Positions 1 to 9,904 of a stretch of 64,000 bases of DNA are shown here, one piece after another. Origin of the DNA: an uncultured Candidatus Poseidoniales archaeon (lineage in GTDB: Archaea > Thermoplasmatota > Poseidoniia > Poseidoniales > Poseidoniaceae). Under the pieces are notes generated by a model, which did no database searches, was not told where the DNA came from, and saw nothing but the letters and a program-made list of their open reading frames with translations. The DNA lies in assembly GCA_964526385.1 (NCBI GenBank), contig CAZGJD010000009.1:8358-72357 (forward strand). Direction: 5' to 3'. Each line of letters opens with the position of its first letter. The stretch's first letter is position 1. The translations under genes were made by a program, and so were the position numbers.

Positions 1-300
1 TTCTAATTCCCTGCCCATCAATCTCTCCATCCGAACTATTGCGGCTTCGCCATCCGCAATCCAATCCATGAGTTGCAAAGTCCCTGTTACATCGTGTAAG
101 GTAGCTCTGTGGATGACTAGACCATCGGCCACCCTTGGTACTGGAGCATTCGGATATAGACTACCCATGTCGTGATATCGCTTTGATTCTGAACTATTAT
201 TGCCTAGTGGGTTAGCATTCCTGCCACCTAAATTCAGTTCACGTGGTCGTGAATTAGTGAATACATCAAGCGATGTCTGATTGTCTTCTTCGTCGCTCAT
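1..300 (-). CDS. Partial CDS (first 100 codons; continues beyond the left edge), possibly a SepF-like (DUF552) cell-division protein
   Basis: Absent from the ORF track because it runs off the window. ATG at 300..298 is open to position 1; my manual translation is MSDEEDNQTSLDVF...GLVIHRATLHDVTGTLQLMDWIADGEAAIVRMERLMGRELE. The hydrophobic-D-x-hydrophobic-DG-x-hydrophobic-IV pattern resembles the archaeal SepF core, but only weakly. Confidence 0.3.
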   Translation of the reverse strand, partial: MSDEEDNQTSLDVFTNSRPRELNLGGRNANPLGNNSSESKRYHDMGSLYPNAPVPRVADGLVIHRATLHDVTGTLQLMDWIADGEAAIVRMERLMGRELE

Positions 301-390
301 GAAAGACATGGTGTGACGGTTGGTTGATAAGGGTCCCGCGAAACGCAAGTAATAATCCGCCCAATTACCGGCGTCTTGTGAGGTGACAAA

Positions 391-1014
391 ATGGAAGAAG
401 GACCAAACGCAGTAAAGACTGGAACCAGTACCGTAGGAATCACGTTCAATGGAGGAGTTGTTGTGGGAGCAGACCACAGAGCTACCATGGGACATTTTGT
501 CGCAAATAAAAGCGTGCAAAAATTATTCAAAATCGGAGACAACCTTGCCCTCACTACAGCGGGTCTGGTCGGACATGCACAGTCTCTGGCAAGAACTCTT
601 TCAGCTGAAGTATCACTCTACGAGTTGAAGAGAGGGGATCAAATGACTGTTAAGGGTGCTGCCACATTAGTAGCAAACATCCTCTCAGGAAGACCACACT
701 GGGTTCAGTTACTAATCGTGGGAGCCGATGACGAAGGTGGCTCTGTTTATTCAATTGATTCAGCTGGTGGTTCAATTCCCGATGTTTACTGTGCTACAGG
801 TTCAGGGTCGCCTTACATGTATGGTGTTCTTGAAGACGGATTCAAAGAAAATATGTCAAGAAAAGACGCAGTCGCTCTGGCTGCAAGAGCCCTGAACGCT
901 TCTGCTCAACGTGACGCCGCATCTGGAAACGGAATGGACCTCGCTGTTATCACAGTGAAGGACGGATATGTTCCTGTCCTCCAATCAGAAATAGACTCAG
1001 CTCTGAAAAAGTGA
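391..1014 (+). CDS. psmB: 20S proteasome beta subunit
   Basis: 207 aa. A short propeptide is followed by TSTVGITFNGGVVVGADHRATMG, the Thr-1 nucleophile context of Ntn proteasome beta subunits. GAGGTGA lies a few nt upstream of the ATG. Confidence 0.9.
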   Translation: MEEGPNAVKTGTSTVGITFNGGVVVGADHRATMGHFVANKSVQKLFKIGDNLALTTAGLVGHAQSLARTLSAEVSLYELKRGDQMTVKGAATLVANILSGRPHWVQLLIVGADDEGGSVYSIDSAGGSIPDVYCATGSGSPYMYGVLEDGFKENMSRKDAVALAARALNASAQRDAASGNGMDLAVITVKDGYVPVLQSEIDSALKK

Positions 1015-1093
1015 GCAATTACACTCCACCTACGGGCTCGGCCCGAGGATTCCCGGGAATCCCATTGGAAGGCTGTAGGTATGAGGTGAAATT

Positions 1094-2998
1094 ATGAGAT
1101 TTAGTTTCAAAGAAATGAAAGACGAAATAGCAAAAATAGTACCCAAATCAATAGATTACGAGGTAGACCTAGAGGCTGGTGACATCGCAATTGTCACGCC
1201 CACTCCCGATGAATTTGGGGGAGGTGATGGTTTAGTTGGTAAAATCGCCAAGGCTATCAAAAGAAGAATCGTTGTTAGACCACACAAATCGATAATGAAA
1301 GACCAAAAGGAAACTGAAATCTATATTCGGGATTTGATGAAAGATTTAACCAAAATTGATTCGATATATTTTGATGAATGCTACTGTGAAGTCACCGTAA
1401 TTTGCGAAAATCCTGGGGAGGCAGTCGGTCGACGAGGAGTTAATGCAAAATCAATACGCGATGAATGTGGCTGGTTGGTCAAATTTGAAAGAACACCTCC
1501 TATTCATTCAAAGACAATACACGACATTAGAGGATATAGAGCAGCGCAGGCTCAAGAGAGAAGGAAATTATTGAAAGAATTTGGTTTGAACATTTACAGA
1601 CCAAAACGCCCCGGTTCTTTTTGGGTAAGGTCGACCGGCCTAGGCTCATATCGCGAGGTTGGAAGAGCATGCCACCTCGTCACTACAAACGAGAGTAGAG
1701 TGATGATCGATGTTGGCGTAAACATAGCTTCGGACACAGATCCCATGCCATACTTCACTGCACCAGAGGCCTTGCCAATGGAAAAAATGGATGCTGTCAT
1801 CCTAACCCACGCACATTTGGACCATGCAGGAATGCTTCCAGTTCTATTCAAATATGGATATAGAGGACCCGTTTATTGCACACCTCCGACAAGAGATATG
1901 ATGCTGTTATTGCAAACTGACTATCTCAAAGTTGGTGGAGCTGAAGGAAAAAGATCACCTTATGACATGGAAGACATAAGAACCTGCATGAGACATGTCA
2001 TTGATGTTGACTGGGGGCAAACGGTAGACATTGCACCAGACATAAAGCTGACATTCCATAATGCTGGGCACATTTTGGGTTCATCATCCGTTCACCTTCA
2101 CATTGGAGAAGGTAAGCATAATATCGTATTTTCCGGTGACCAAAAATACGAAAAATCTTGGTTATTTGATGCAGCAAACACAAGATTCCCAAGATGTGAG
2201 ACATTGGTTATTGAATCAACATATGGTGCATCAGGAGACTTCCAACCAAGCAGAGATGAAGCTAACCAAGAACTGCAAGACATTGTTACTCGAACGATTC
2301 AGCGAGGTGGTAAAATGATCTGTCCCGTATTCGCAGTAGGCCGTTCACAAGAGGTTATGATTGCAATTGATGAATTATTTAGGTCTGGAGCAGTAAAACC
2401 AGTACCTGTATATTTGGATGGAATGATTCAAGAAGCAACTGCAATTCATTCTACTCATCCAAATTACCTCACTCAATCCTTGCGAAAGAGTTTGTTACAG
2501 GACGACGGCAACAACCCATTCACAAGTGAGTGGTTCAGACCGGTTCAGGGTAGAGACATGAGAGAATCAATAATTATGGATACAAGCCCTTGTATTGTTC
2601 TGGCTACAAGTGGAATGTTAAACGGAGGACCAGTTATGTCATACTTCCAAAATTGGGCTCATGAAAACAGAAATTCTCTATGCTTTGTAGGCTACCAAGC
2701 CGAGGGAACACTTGGCAGAAGGCTCCAAAAAGGATTCAGTGAAGTTCCAATGATTATTGAAGGCAAAACTGAAATTGTCAAGATAGGATGTGAATTGGTA
2801 ACCATAGACGGATTCAGTGGACACTCGGATAGAAGGCAATTGTTGGAATTCATAGAAAACATGAGCCCAACACCAAAAAATGTCATCTGCCATCATGGTG
2901 ATTATTTCAAGTGCAACGAATTGGGAAGAACTTTAAGAGAGAAATTCAAAGTCAGAACCTACGCTCCACAGAATTTGGAAACTGTAAGGCTCGCCTAA
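1094..2998 (+). CDS. aCPSF1/FttA-type beta-CASP ribonuclease (KH + metallo-beta-lactamase + beta-CASP)
   Basis: 634 aa. N-terminal KH-like region, then the MBL motif THAHLDHAG and a C-terminal beta-CASP region (GFSGHSD...HHGD). Length and domain order are typical of archaeal CPSF1. GAGGTGA precedes the ATG. Confidence 0.9.
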   Translation: MRFSFKEMKDEIAKIVPKSIDYEVDLEAGDIAIVTPTPDEFGGGDGLVGKIAKAIKRRIVVRPHKSIMKDQKETEIYIRDLMKDLTKIDSIYFDECYCEVTVICENPGEAVGRRGVNAKSIRDECGWLVKFERTPPIHSKTIHDIRGYRAAQAQERRKLLKEFGLNIYRPKRPGSFWVRSTGLGSYREVGRACHLVTTNESRVMIDVGVNIASDTDPMPYFTAPEALPMEKMDAVILTHAHLDHAGMLPVLFKYGYRGPVYCTPPTRDMMLLLQTDYLKVGGAEGKRSPYDMEDIRTCMRHVIDVDWGQTVDIAPDIKLTFHNAGHILGSSSVHLHIGEGKHNIVFSGDQKYEKSWLFDAANTRFPRCETLVIESTYGASGDFQPSRDEANQELQDIVTRTIQRGGKMICPVFAVGRSQEVMIAIDELFRSGAVKPVPVYLDGMIQEATAIHSTHPNYLTQSLRKSLLQDDGNNPFTSEWFRPVQGRDMRESIIMDTSPCIVLATSGMLNGGPVMSYFQNWAHENRNSLCFVGYQAEGTLGRRLQKGFSEVPMIIEGKTEIVKIGCELVTIDGFSGHSDRRQLLEFIENMSPTPKNVICHHGDYFKCNELGRTLREKFKVRTYAPQNLETVRLA

Positions 2999-4389
2999 TC
3001 AACAAAGAAATCTTTGACCACGTGTGCGGTTTCATCTCTTTTCTCAGATAGTTCAGACAACCAATCTGTTGCTCGGTCGATGCAGAGTTGTTTCATTTCA
3101 CCAGCCAAAATCTTACCGGAACGATAATCTCGGTTTATTTCAGACAAGTAATTATCATCATCCTCGAAGAAATACATCATGTACTGATATGCAACATCCT
3201 TATCCGGGTCTCCGCCCAATCTTCTATGTTCTTCTACAGTAGTTTGACCACCAGAGAATGATTTCTTTATCTTTTTAGTAGCTGTATCAACATCATCAGA
3301 GAGGAACAGTGTCGTTTTTGGCTTTGATGATGACATTTTATCTCCTGTCATACCAACTGCAAATCTGTGGTATGTACTCGATGGCGATAGTAGGCCCATT
3401 CCACCCAATTCTCTTTCCAATCTCAACAAACTCATTCTGATACTGTGTTTATCTTTTCCAGCAGCGGCAGGTAAGTTCACAGTTCCATGTTTGGGGTTGG
3501 AATTTATGTCAGAGTACCCTAAAGAGGCCATGGAATCTACAATTTTCCCAAAAATTTGATTTTGCACTTCTTTGTTTACTCTACCGTTTTGATCAACACC
3601 CATTATTGCTCGATTATCCTCCTGAATGGAAACTCCAATCTGCAAACCCATTTTTGCATCACTAACATTGAACCAATTGGTTTTGGATGCTAATCCACGT
3701 GTCAGTCTTAGATGCGGATCTTGGTCAACACCTACTGGTACTACAATAGGGCGAAGCCCGCCGTATTCATCTAACTGGGGATGTAGAATGTCTCCGGCCT
3801 GGACAAGTGGTGCCTGAACATGAGCGAGGTTAGTACTTCCATCAAAGCCGTAAATCGCCTCAAATTCTGAAAGGTTCGTACGCTTTCCTAATTGAAATCC
3901 AAGTCTTTGTACAATGCTTCTCTGGGATTGAAAATATACGTTAGTTTTGTTTGGATCTAATCCCAACGCAGCGTAGTTTGCCACATATTCTTCTGTAGCA
4001 ATTTTTCGACCTTGCTCTAGAGAAATACCCCTAGTTGCCGTCGACTCAAGATCTGCGACGGCGATTGTTACGTCACCGCCTAATTTTTGGAACCATTCCA
4101 CTTGTTCAATAACCATGGAATGACCGAGGTGCATTCTACCAGATGGCATCAATCCAGTGAGTACGCCAAAAGGATTACCATTATTATTAGCATGAAATAC
4201 AGAATCTAAATCTCGATGAGCAAAAACAATTCCTCTTCGATGTAGTTTTGAAGGATTTGGAATATTCATGTCTCCGGTGGATGATAGGCCAAACTTTTCT
4301 ATTATCTTAGAATAGTCTGTTGATTGGGATGACCCCCAAGGGTCTATCACTAAATCGTCATTCATCATCCTCACCCTCAACGGTATCAC
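2995..4389 (-). CDS. trpS: Tryptophanyl-tRNA synthetase (archaeal/eukaryote type)
   Basis: Class I motifs PSGRMHLGHS (HIGH-like) and KMSSSKP (KMSKS). The C-terminus FSGGQTTVEEHRRLGGDPDKDVAYQYMMYFFEDDD...DYRSGKILAGEMK parallels eukaryotic-type TrpRS. The true start may be the internal MMNDD. Confidence 0.85.
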   Translation of the reverse strand: MIPLRVRMMNDDLVIDPWGSSQSTDYSKIIEKFGLSSTGDMNIPNPSKLHRRGIVFAHRDLDSVFHANNNGNPFGVLTGLMPSGRMHLGHSMVIEQVEWFQKLGGDVTIAVADLESTATRGISLEQGRKIATEEYVANYAALGLDPNKTNVYFQSQRSIVQRLGFQLGKRTNLSEFEAIYGFDGSTNLAHVQAPLVQAGDILHPQLDEYGGLRPIVVPVGVDQDPHLRLTRGLASKTNWFNVSDAKMGLQIGVSIQEDNRAIMGVDQNGRVNKEVQNQIFGKIVDSMASLGYSDINSNPKHGTVNLPAAAGKDKHSIRMSLLRLERELGGMGLLSPSSTYHRFAVGMTGDKMSSSKPKTTLFLSDDVDTATKKIKKSFSGGQTTVEEHRRLGGDPDKDVAYQYMMYFFEDDDNYLSEINRDYRSGKILAGEMKQLCIDRATDWLSELSEKRDETAHVVKDFFVD

Positions 4390-5554
4390 GAATCAAGGCT
4401 TCGGAAATTATGTACTCTTTTTCGTCTTTTTTTATCAAAAGGTAAATTCCCGCAACACTACTTACCAGTACTGCCAAACCAGCATATGGAAGCCATGCAA
4501 TACCTGAATCAATAGGTTTCGGACTAATCAACCAGGTAAATCTGAGGTTTTCTTGGTCATCAAATCTTTTAGACCATTGGAACAAATCGGTTGTTGAGTG
4601 ACCAGCTATTGTTAATGCAACCGATTTGTTATTGAAAAATTGAGTCCTGCCTGTGACATCATATTCAGTTTCATTCGATAGTGTAAAACTCACATTATGG
4701 CCTCTTAGTACACTGAAATATAGATTTGAACCTTCCTGTCTCCAACCTTCCATAGAATTTGATTCTTCCACGGAAATCTCCGATAATGAAGAATTAATTA
4801 CCAATGAATTGCCAATATTTGCAATCCATGTGATAGGAACATTCCAAGCGTTTGGTGCTGCTGCCTTACACTGTTCTGTGTCTTCGTGAATAAATGTCAG
4901 AGTTAGATTATCCATCTGGTGATCAAACTGATTACATCTTTCAACAGTCCAGTATGAATATGCTTCGCCCCAGGTAGTATACCATATGTCATCCCTTTGC
5001 GAGAATAACTCCAGTACCTCTGAATCGTGCCTGACATTTAGGTCGCTAATTCTTCCAATCCAATACATGTTAACTAAACCACCTGAATCTAATTGTGACT
5101 CTACTTCGCTAACATCTGCAATTCCTTTTTCGAGAGAACCACCCCTTCTTCCCAAGTCGAACCAATCAAATTCATGCAATGGCTCATTACTTGAATTATG
5201 CCACGCTTTCGCTGTTTGACCAGTATTATCACCATGAACCATGTATCCCTGATTTTCAATTATCGTGTGTTGATATGCAGATAGATCATCTGGAGTGTAG
5301 GTTGAAATTACATTTTGCCCCCACTTTGATGCATCTACCCTATTCTCAATGTACTCCCTGCATTCAATCGCTACGGCACCGGGGTCTGCCCTCCATTCGA
5401 GGTTTGGCATTCCATAGCAACCAAATTCATCACCATTCTCTAAAAAATCTTGACCCATTGTATATAGCCAGTTATCCTCTTCCCATTTTGCGTCCGCAAC
5501 GACCACAGGTGCCAAAGTCGCAGACAGCAACATAGCGAGGACCAGCATACGCAT
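4358..5554 (-). CDS. Hypothetical exported protein with a C-terminal membrane anchor
   Basis: Start placed at MRMLVLAMLLSATLAPVVVADA (signal-peptide-like). C-terminal hydrophobic helix IAWLPYAGLAVLVSSVAGIYLLI is followed by an acidic tail. I recognise no family. Confidence 0.5.
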   Translation of the reverse strand: MRMLVLAMLLSATLAPVVVADAKWEEDNWLYTMGQDFLENGDEFGCYGMPNLEWRADPGAVAIECREYIENRVDASKWGQNVISTYTPDDLSAYQHTIIENQGYMVHGDNTGQTAKAWHNSSNEPLHEFDWFDLGRRGGSLEKGIADVSEVESQLDSGGLVNMYWIGRISDLNVRHDSEVLELFSQRDDIWYTTWGEAYSYWTVERCNQFDHQMDNLTLTFIHEDTEQCKAAAPNAWNVPITWIANIGNSLVINSSLSEISVEESNSMEGWRQEGSNLYFSVLRGHNVSFTLSNETEYDVTGRTQFFNNKSVALTIAGHSTTDLFQWSKRFDDQENLRFTWLISPKPIDSGIAWLPYAGLAVLVSSVAGIYLLIKKDEKEYIISEALIRDTVEGEDDE

Positions 5555-5642
5555 GTGATTACGCTCAAGAACCCTACATTTCATTATTTTCAACTAAAGA
5601 ATAGAAGTAATCATCAAAGACAAGATAGTTTCAGGGAAATAC

Positions 5643-6407
5643 ATGAGTGACCTCAAAAAAGCCTGGATGGCCTTAGAGGAACACTACAAAATAGTGCCAG
5701 CAGCCGAAAAAATTACTGGCGACCATGCTTACAATTTTTTGAGATGGACTCTTGGTTCATTTTTTAGAACAATTCTGAGAATGAAAATACGTGGTGTCAA
5801 GAACGTACCAAAGAAGGGACCAACGATACTTGCCGCTAATCACTTATCACACGTAGACCCAATTCTTGTGATTTTAGCCTCTAGGAGAAAAACCCACTAT
5901 TTGGCAAAAGACGGACATTTCAAAAATTTCGCTCTCGCTTCCTTTATGCGAGCTACCGGACAAATAGAAACAAATCGCGAAACTGGAGGAGGTGAAGCGC
6001 TTTCAAACGCGGCGACAGTTCTACACTCAAATCGAGCATTGGGTATATTTCCGGAAGGTACACGCTCAAAAAAAGAAGAAGCGCCCTTTTTATTACAAGG
6101 AAAGACTGGCATCGCTAGATTATCCGCATCATATCCCAGCGTACCAATCGTGCCTATTGGATTGCAAGGTACAAGAGACTTCATGACCCCCTCAAAGCAC
6201 AAGATGCCTCGCTTCTGGAAGAGAGTTACCGTATCATTCGGAAAACCAATAACTTGGTGGGAATGGATTGAGAAAAGAGCAACCCTTGAAGAGTTGCAAG
6301 CACTTGCTCACAAAGAAGACCATGAGATAAAATCTGCTCTTTCATCATACTACCGGGAGTTCACAGATGAATTTATGGACAGGATAAAGGGGCAAGGCGC
6401 TCCGTGA
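5643..6407 (+). CDS. plsC: 1-acyl-sn-glycerol-3-phosphate acyltransferase-like (bacterial PlsC family)
   Basis: Acyltransferase motif I NHLSHVD (H-x4-D) and motif III FPEGTRS, followed by GKTGIARL. 254 aa. Confidence 0.8.
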   Translation: MSDLKKAWMALEEHYKIVPAAEKITGDHAYNFLRWTLGSFFRTILRMKIRGVKNVPKKGPTILAANHLSHVDPILVILASRRKTHYLAKDGHFKNFALASFMRATGQIETNRETGGGEALSNAATVLHSNRALGIFPEGTRSKKEEAPFLLQGKTGIARLSASYPSVPIVPIGLQGTRDFMTPSKHKMPRFWKRVTVSFGKPITWWEWIEKRATLEELQALAHKEDHEIKSALSSYYREFTDEFMDRIKGQGAP

Positions 6408-6444
6408 AAATCATCAAAGGCTTCCGTAACTTTGGTCGTGATTG

Positions 6445-7242
6445 ATGCGGGAGTACCTAGACTTGATGCAACGCATCCTCGACGAGGGTGAAGAGAAAGG
6501 TGACCGTACAGGTACTGGAACGATTTCAGTTTTTGGACATCAGATGCGTTTTGATTTATCGAAAGGTTTTCCAATGGTTACCACAAAGAAACTACATCTA
6601 AAATCGATTGTTCACGAATTATTGTGGTTTTTAGCAGGTGATACGAACATAAAGTACCTGCAAGATAATGGAGTAAGAATTTGGAATGAGTGGGCTGATG
6701 AGAATGGCGATTTAGGTCCCGTTTATGGCAAGCAATGGCGGAAATGGGAGTCTAAAGATGGACGAATAATCGACCAAGTCAAACAAGCCATTGAGATGAT
6801 TAAAAACAACCCCAATTCTCGTAGAATTATAGTAAGTGCATGGAATGTAGGAGAGTTGGACGAAATGGCTCTGATGCCTTGCCATGCTTTTTTCCAATTC
6901 CATGTCGCTAATGGCAAACTCAATTGTCAATTATATCAAAGAAGTGCAGACGTATTTCTGGGAGTACCATTCAACATAGCGTCTTATGCATTACTAACCC
7001 ATATGATGGCTCAAGTATGCGATCTAGATGCTGGAACATTTGTTCATACTCTTGGAGATGCACACTTGTACAATAACCATCTCGACCAAGCAAAACTACA
7101 ACTTTCAAGGACACCAATAGAACCCTTGCCGACCCTAAAACTTAATCCAAATATCAAAGATATTGATCAATTTACATATGACGACATAGAAGTAATCGGC
7201 TATGAACATCATCCTCACATAAAAGCCCCTATTGCAGTGTGA
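6445..7242 (+). CDS. thyA: Thymidylate synthase (ThyA type)
   Basis: [38 protein letters not shown], ...[22 protein letters not shown] (catalytic Cys), ...[11 protein letters not shown] at 6445 lies just inside the TTG-initiated track ORF. Confidence 0.95.
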   Translation: MREYLDLMQRILDEGEEKGDRTGTGTISVFGHQMRFDLSKGFPMVTTKKLHLKSIVHELLWFLAGDTNIKYLQDNGVRIWNEWADENGDLGPVYGKQWRKWESKDGRIIDQVKQAIEMIKNNPNSRRIIVSAWNVGELDEMALMPCHAFFQFHVANGKLNCQLYQRSADVFLGVPFNIASYALLTHMMAQVCDLDAGTFVHTLGDAHLYNNHLDQAKLQLSRTPIEPLPTLKLNPNIKDIDQFTYDDIEVIGYEHHPHIKAPIAV

Positions 7243-7246
7243 TATC

Positions 7247-7705
7247 ATGCTAGGGATGATAGTTGCTTGCGATAGAAATGGAGCCATTGGCAAGGATGGC
7301 GACTTACCTTGGAGACAATCAACCGATTTGCAACATTTCAAAAATATCACAATGGATTCAAACTTGATTATGGGAAGGAAAACATGGGAATCACTCCCTG
7401 GAAAACTACCTGGAAGAGAGCACTATGTTCTCAGCAGAAGTCAAAATTTTGATAATGTGAATAATATCAATTTTGAAAGAGCTCTAGAAATGGATGGGTG
7501 GGTTATTGGCGGAGGAGAGATATACAAACTATTTCTTCCACATGTTCAGATTTTGCATCGTACAATCATTGATACTAGAGTAACCGAACCTGATACTTTC
7601 TTTCCAGACATTACAGGTTTGGGATTCGAATTGAAAGAAGAGAGACACATCGAAGCAGGAGACAAAGACCAATTTGACATGGTATTCCAAATTTGGCAGA
7701 AATGA
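7247..7705 (+). CDS. folA: Dihydrofolate reductase
   Basis: MLGMIVACDRNGAIGKDGDLPWR...GRKTWESLP...VIGGGEIY. ATG 7247 sits 5 nt after the thyA stop. Confidence 0.85.
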   Translation: MLGMIVACDRNGAIGKDGDLPWRQSTDLQHFKNITMDSNLIMGRKTWESLPGKLPGREHYVLSRSQNFDNVNNINFERALEMDGWVIGGGEIYKLFLPHVQILHRTIIDTRVTEPDTFFPDITGLGFELKEERHIEAGDKDQFDMVFQIWQK

Positions 7706-8725
7706 TCAATTAAATTGTAACAATACCTTTCCTACATTTTTAGCATCATGTATATGTTGATGAGCATCTGCTACCTTCGTAGCAGGGTATATTGAATCAA
7801 TTACGGGATCTAATTCACCCGCAACCATTCCTTCGATAATCCTAGATAATTGTTCAACCATTACCGACTCATCTTTCCAAGTCCCCATATGAACTCCGAA
7901 AACAGAACGATTTTTCATCATCAACTTTAGTGGGTCTAACTTTGGTGTCTTTCTCCAAGCAAAAAACGCTTTGATCATCGAGGGTTTTGAAGACGGAGCA
8001 GCCGCTGACATCCCGTAAGAATACAATTTACCTCCTTCTGCAAGAACTGAGAGGCTTCTACGCAGATTGTCACCACCTATCGGGTCAAGGACATGGTCTA
8101 CACCTCTGCCACCTGTCGCATTTTTGATTTTCTCGACGAAATCTTCTCCATGCCGATCGATGGGTTTACCACCAAACGATTTTATTATCTCTGCTTTAGA
8201 TTTTGATGCAGTTGCCCAAACATCTTCAATTCCAGCCCATCTGCATAATTGTAAAGCAGCAGTTCCAACGCCGCCACCGCCACCGTGGATTAATACCGTG
8301 TCTCCTTTTTTCATATTCCCCAAGTGGTGAAGCATATGATGAGCAGTTAGGTAGATTACGGGCATCGCTGCCGCTGACTCCAAACTTATTTCATCAGGGA
8401 TTGCAATTACTCTGGATGATTTTACACACACGACACTTTTCTGTCCACCGGTTGGCATGGCAGCGACGACTCTTTGCCCGGATTGGAATTTTGTTACATC
8501 GTCTCCTACAGACCTTATTATTCCGCTTACCTCATAGCCGGGAGTGAAAGGAAAAGGCGGTCTAGGTTGGTACAATCCCAACCGCATTAGTGTATCTGCA
8601 AAATTTATTCCTGCAAAATGAACGTCGATACAAACTTCATCAGATTTTGGAATAGGGTCCTTTGTTTCCGTTATTTTAAGAACGGAAGGCGGGCCTGATT
8701 TTGTAATAGATACACACTTTGCCAT
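7706..8725 (-). CDS. NAD(P)H quinone oxidoreductase / medium-chain dehydrogenase-reductase (zeta-crystallin-like)
   Basis: 339 aa. GINFADTLMRLGLY, PFTPGYEVSG, and the Rossmann motif LIHGGGGGVGTAALQL. Confidence 0.75.
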   Translation of the reverse strand: MAKCVSITKSGPPSVLKITETKDPIPKSDEVCIDVHFAGINFADTLMRLGLYQPRPPFPFTPGYEVSGIIRSVGDDVTKFQSGQRVVAAMPTGGQKSVVCVKSSRVIAIPDEISLESAAAMPVIYLTAHHMLHHLGNMKKGDTVLIHGGGGGVGTAALQLCRWAGIEDVWATASKSKAEIIKSFGGKPIDRHGEDFVEKIKNATGGRGVDHVLDPIGGDNLRRSLSVLAEGGKLYSYGMSAAAPSSKPSMIKAFFAWRKTPKLDPLKLMMKNRSVFGVHMGTWKDESVMVEQLSRIIEGMVAGELDPVIDSIYPATKVADAHQHIHDAKNVGKVLLQFN

Positions 8726-8761
8726 ACTGCCGCTAAAGTGTTCGATAAATCAATACTTGTG

Positions 8762-9181
8762 TTATCCCTGATATTCAGTAACACGGATTCCAAGGCGACC
8801 TTTTCTTGCTGGCCTTTGCATTATTTTCTCTATTTTTGATTCAAATGCTGATTTAAGGTCAATTTCCATTGCTAGAGAATGGCCCATCAACAGGATTAGA
8901 ACATCCGCCATTTCTTCAGCACATTCTTCTATTGGTTTACCCTTGGTTACAGCAGCAGCCAACTCACCTAATTCTTCGACTGTAAGTGCTATCCTGTAGC
9001 CCATATCGTGCCCGTTATTACCTGCGAAATCATGCTTGTGATGAAAATTAGCTACTTTTTTCATCATCAAACTCCAAGTATCTTCTTCGCTTGAAGCAAT
9101 CCAGTCATCTACACTCATTCCCATGATGTTTATTGGTAGGAACCGATGATTAATCATTGCGCGATGATGAATTTTATACAT
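8762..9181 (-). CDS. MazG-like all-alpha nucleoside triphosphate pyrophosphohydrolase
   Basis: EELGELAAAV...IEECAEEMADVLILLMGHS is the paired EExxE/ExxD helices of the MazG/HisE superfamily. The real start is probably an internal Met (9124 or 9118), because the track ORF overlaps mtnP. Confidence 0.55.
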   Translation of the reverse strand: MYKIHHRAMINHRFLPINIMGMSVDDWIASSEEDTWSLMMKKVANFHHKHDFAGNNGHDMGYRIALTVEELGELAAAVTKGKPIEECAEEMADVLILLMGHSLAMEIDLKSAFESKIEKIMQRPARKGRLGIRVTEYQG

Positions 9182-9903
9182 TCTACAACTGGTCCAAGTT
9201 TTGATTTTGCATTTGATGATACTTCATCGTGACTCAAATCCTTGTATGAATCTCCTGGCTCCCTTCCTGCCGCCCAGTTACTGGAAACCAATATCGCAGA
9301 ATATGGAATCTTCAATTCAGATGCCAATTTACATTCACGAGGCATAGTCATACCAACTACTTCTCCTCCTAATTTTTCAATTGCATCTATTTCTTTTGCT
9401 GTTTCAAATTGGGGGCCTTGAGCCAACCAATAAGTTCGGCCTAATCTCAAATTTGGTTGCAAAGAAGATAGTGTTCTATCCAAAGACGAATTCATATCTG
9501 AATCGAATGGACTGGTCATTGAAGTGAACTTTGCCTCGTCTTCAGAAAATGTCACTGCGACTCCTGTAAAATCAAGATATTGTGTAGCATAACCTACCGA
9601 ACCAGGTGGGAAGTCCTCAGGTATTGCGCCTACTGAGCAAACTGACAATATCTTGTCCACACCTGCTTGGGATAGTGCTTCCAAATTCGCTAGATGGTTT
9701 ATGTTGTGTGGAGGAGTTAGCCCCTTTCCGTGATGTCTATCAAGAAAGAATATTGTTGATTCTTTTGTTTTTACAACCTGTAATGGCACATCGCCAAATC
9801 TCGTTTCTGCAGTTATGCTTTCAGAACTCATAACGTCTATTGAACCTGTGGCCAAATCAGTCATCGCCGTTCCGCCGATGATTCCGATTCTCATCAGATT
9901 CAA
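9154..9903 (-). CDS. mtnP: 5'-methylthioadenosine / purine nucleoside phosphorylase family
   Basis: MRIGIIGGT..., FLDRHHGKGLTPPHNINHLANLEALSQAGVDKILSVCSVGA, and EVVGMTMPRECKLASE, as in MTAP-type phosphorylases. Confidence 0.7.
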   Translation of the reverse strand: MNLMRIGIIGGTAMTDLATGSIDVMSSESITAETRFGDVPLQVVKTKESTIFFLDRHHGKGLTPPHNINHLANLEALSQAGVDKILSVCSVGAIPEDFPPGSVGYATQYLDFTGVAVTFSEDEAKFTSMTSPFDSDMNSSLDRTLSSLQPNLRLGRTYWLAQGPQFETAKEIDAIEKLGGEVVGMTMPRECKLASELKIPYSAILVSSNWAAGREPGDSYKDLSHDEVSSNAKSKLGPVVECIKFIIAQ

Positions 9904-9904
9904 C

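Noticed and set aside
297-554. 85-aa minus-strand ORF overlapping the start of psmB.
   Set aside because: It overlaps the well-supported proteasome beta gene and has no motifs. The real minus-strand gene at this end is the different-frame ORF 1..300, which runs off the window.
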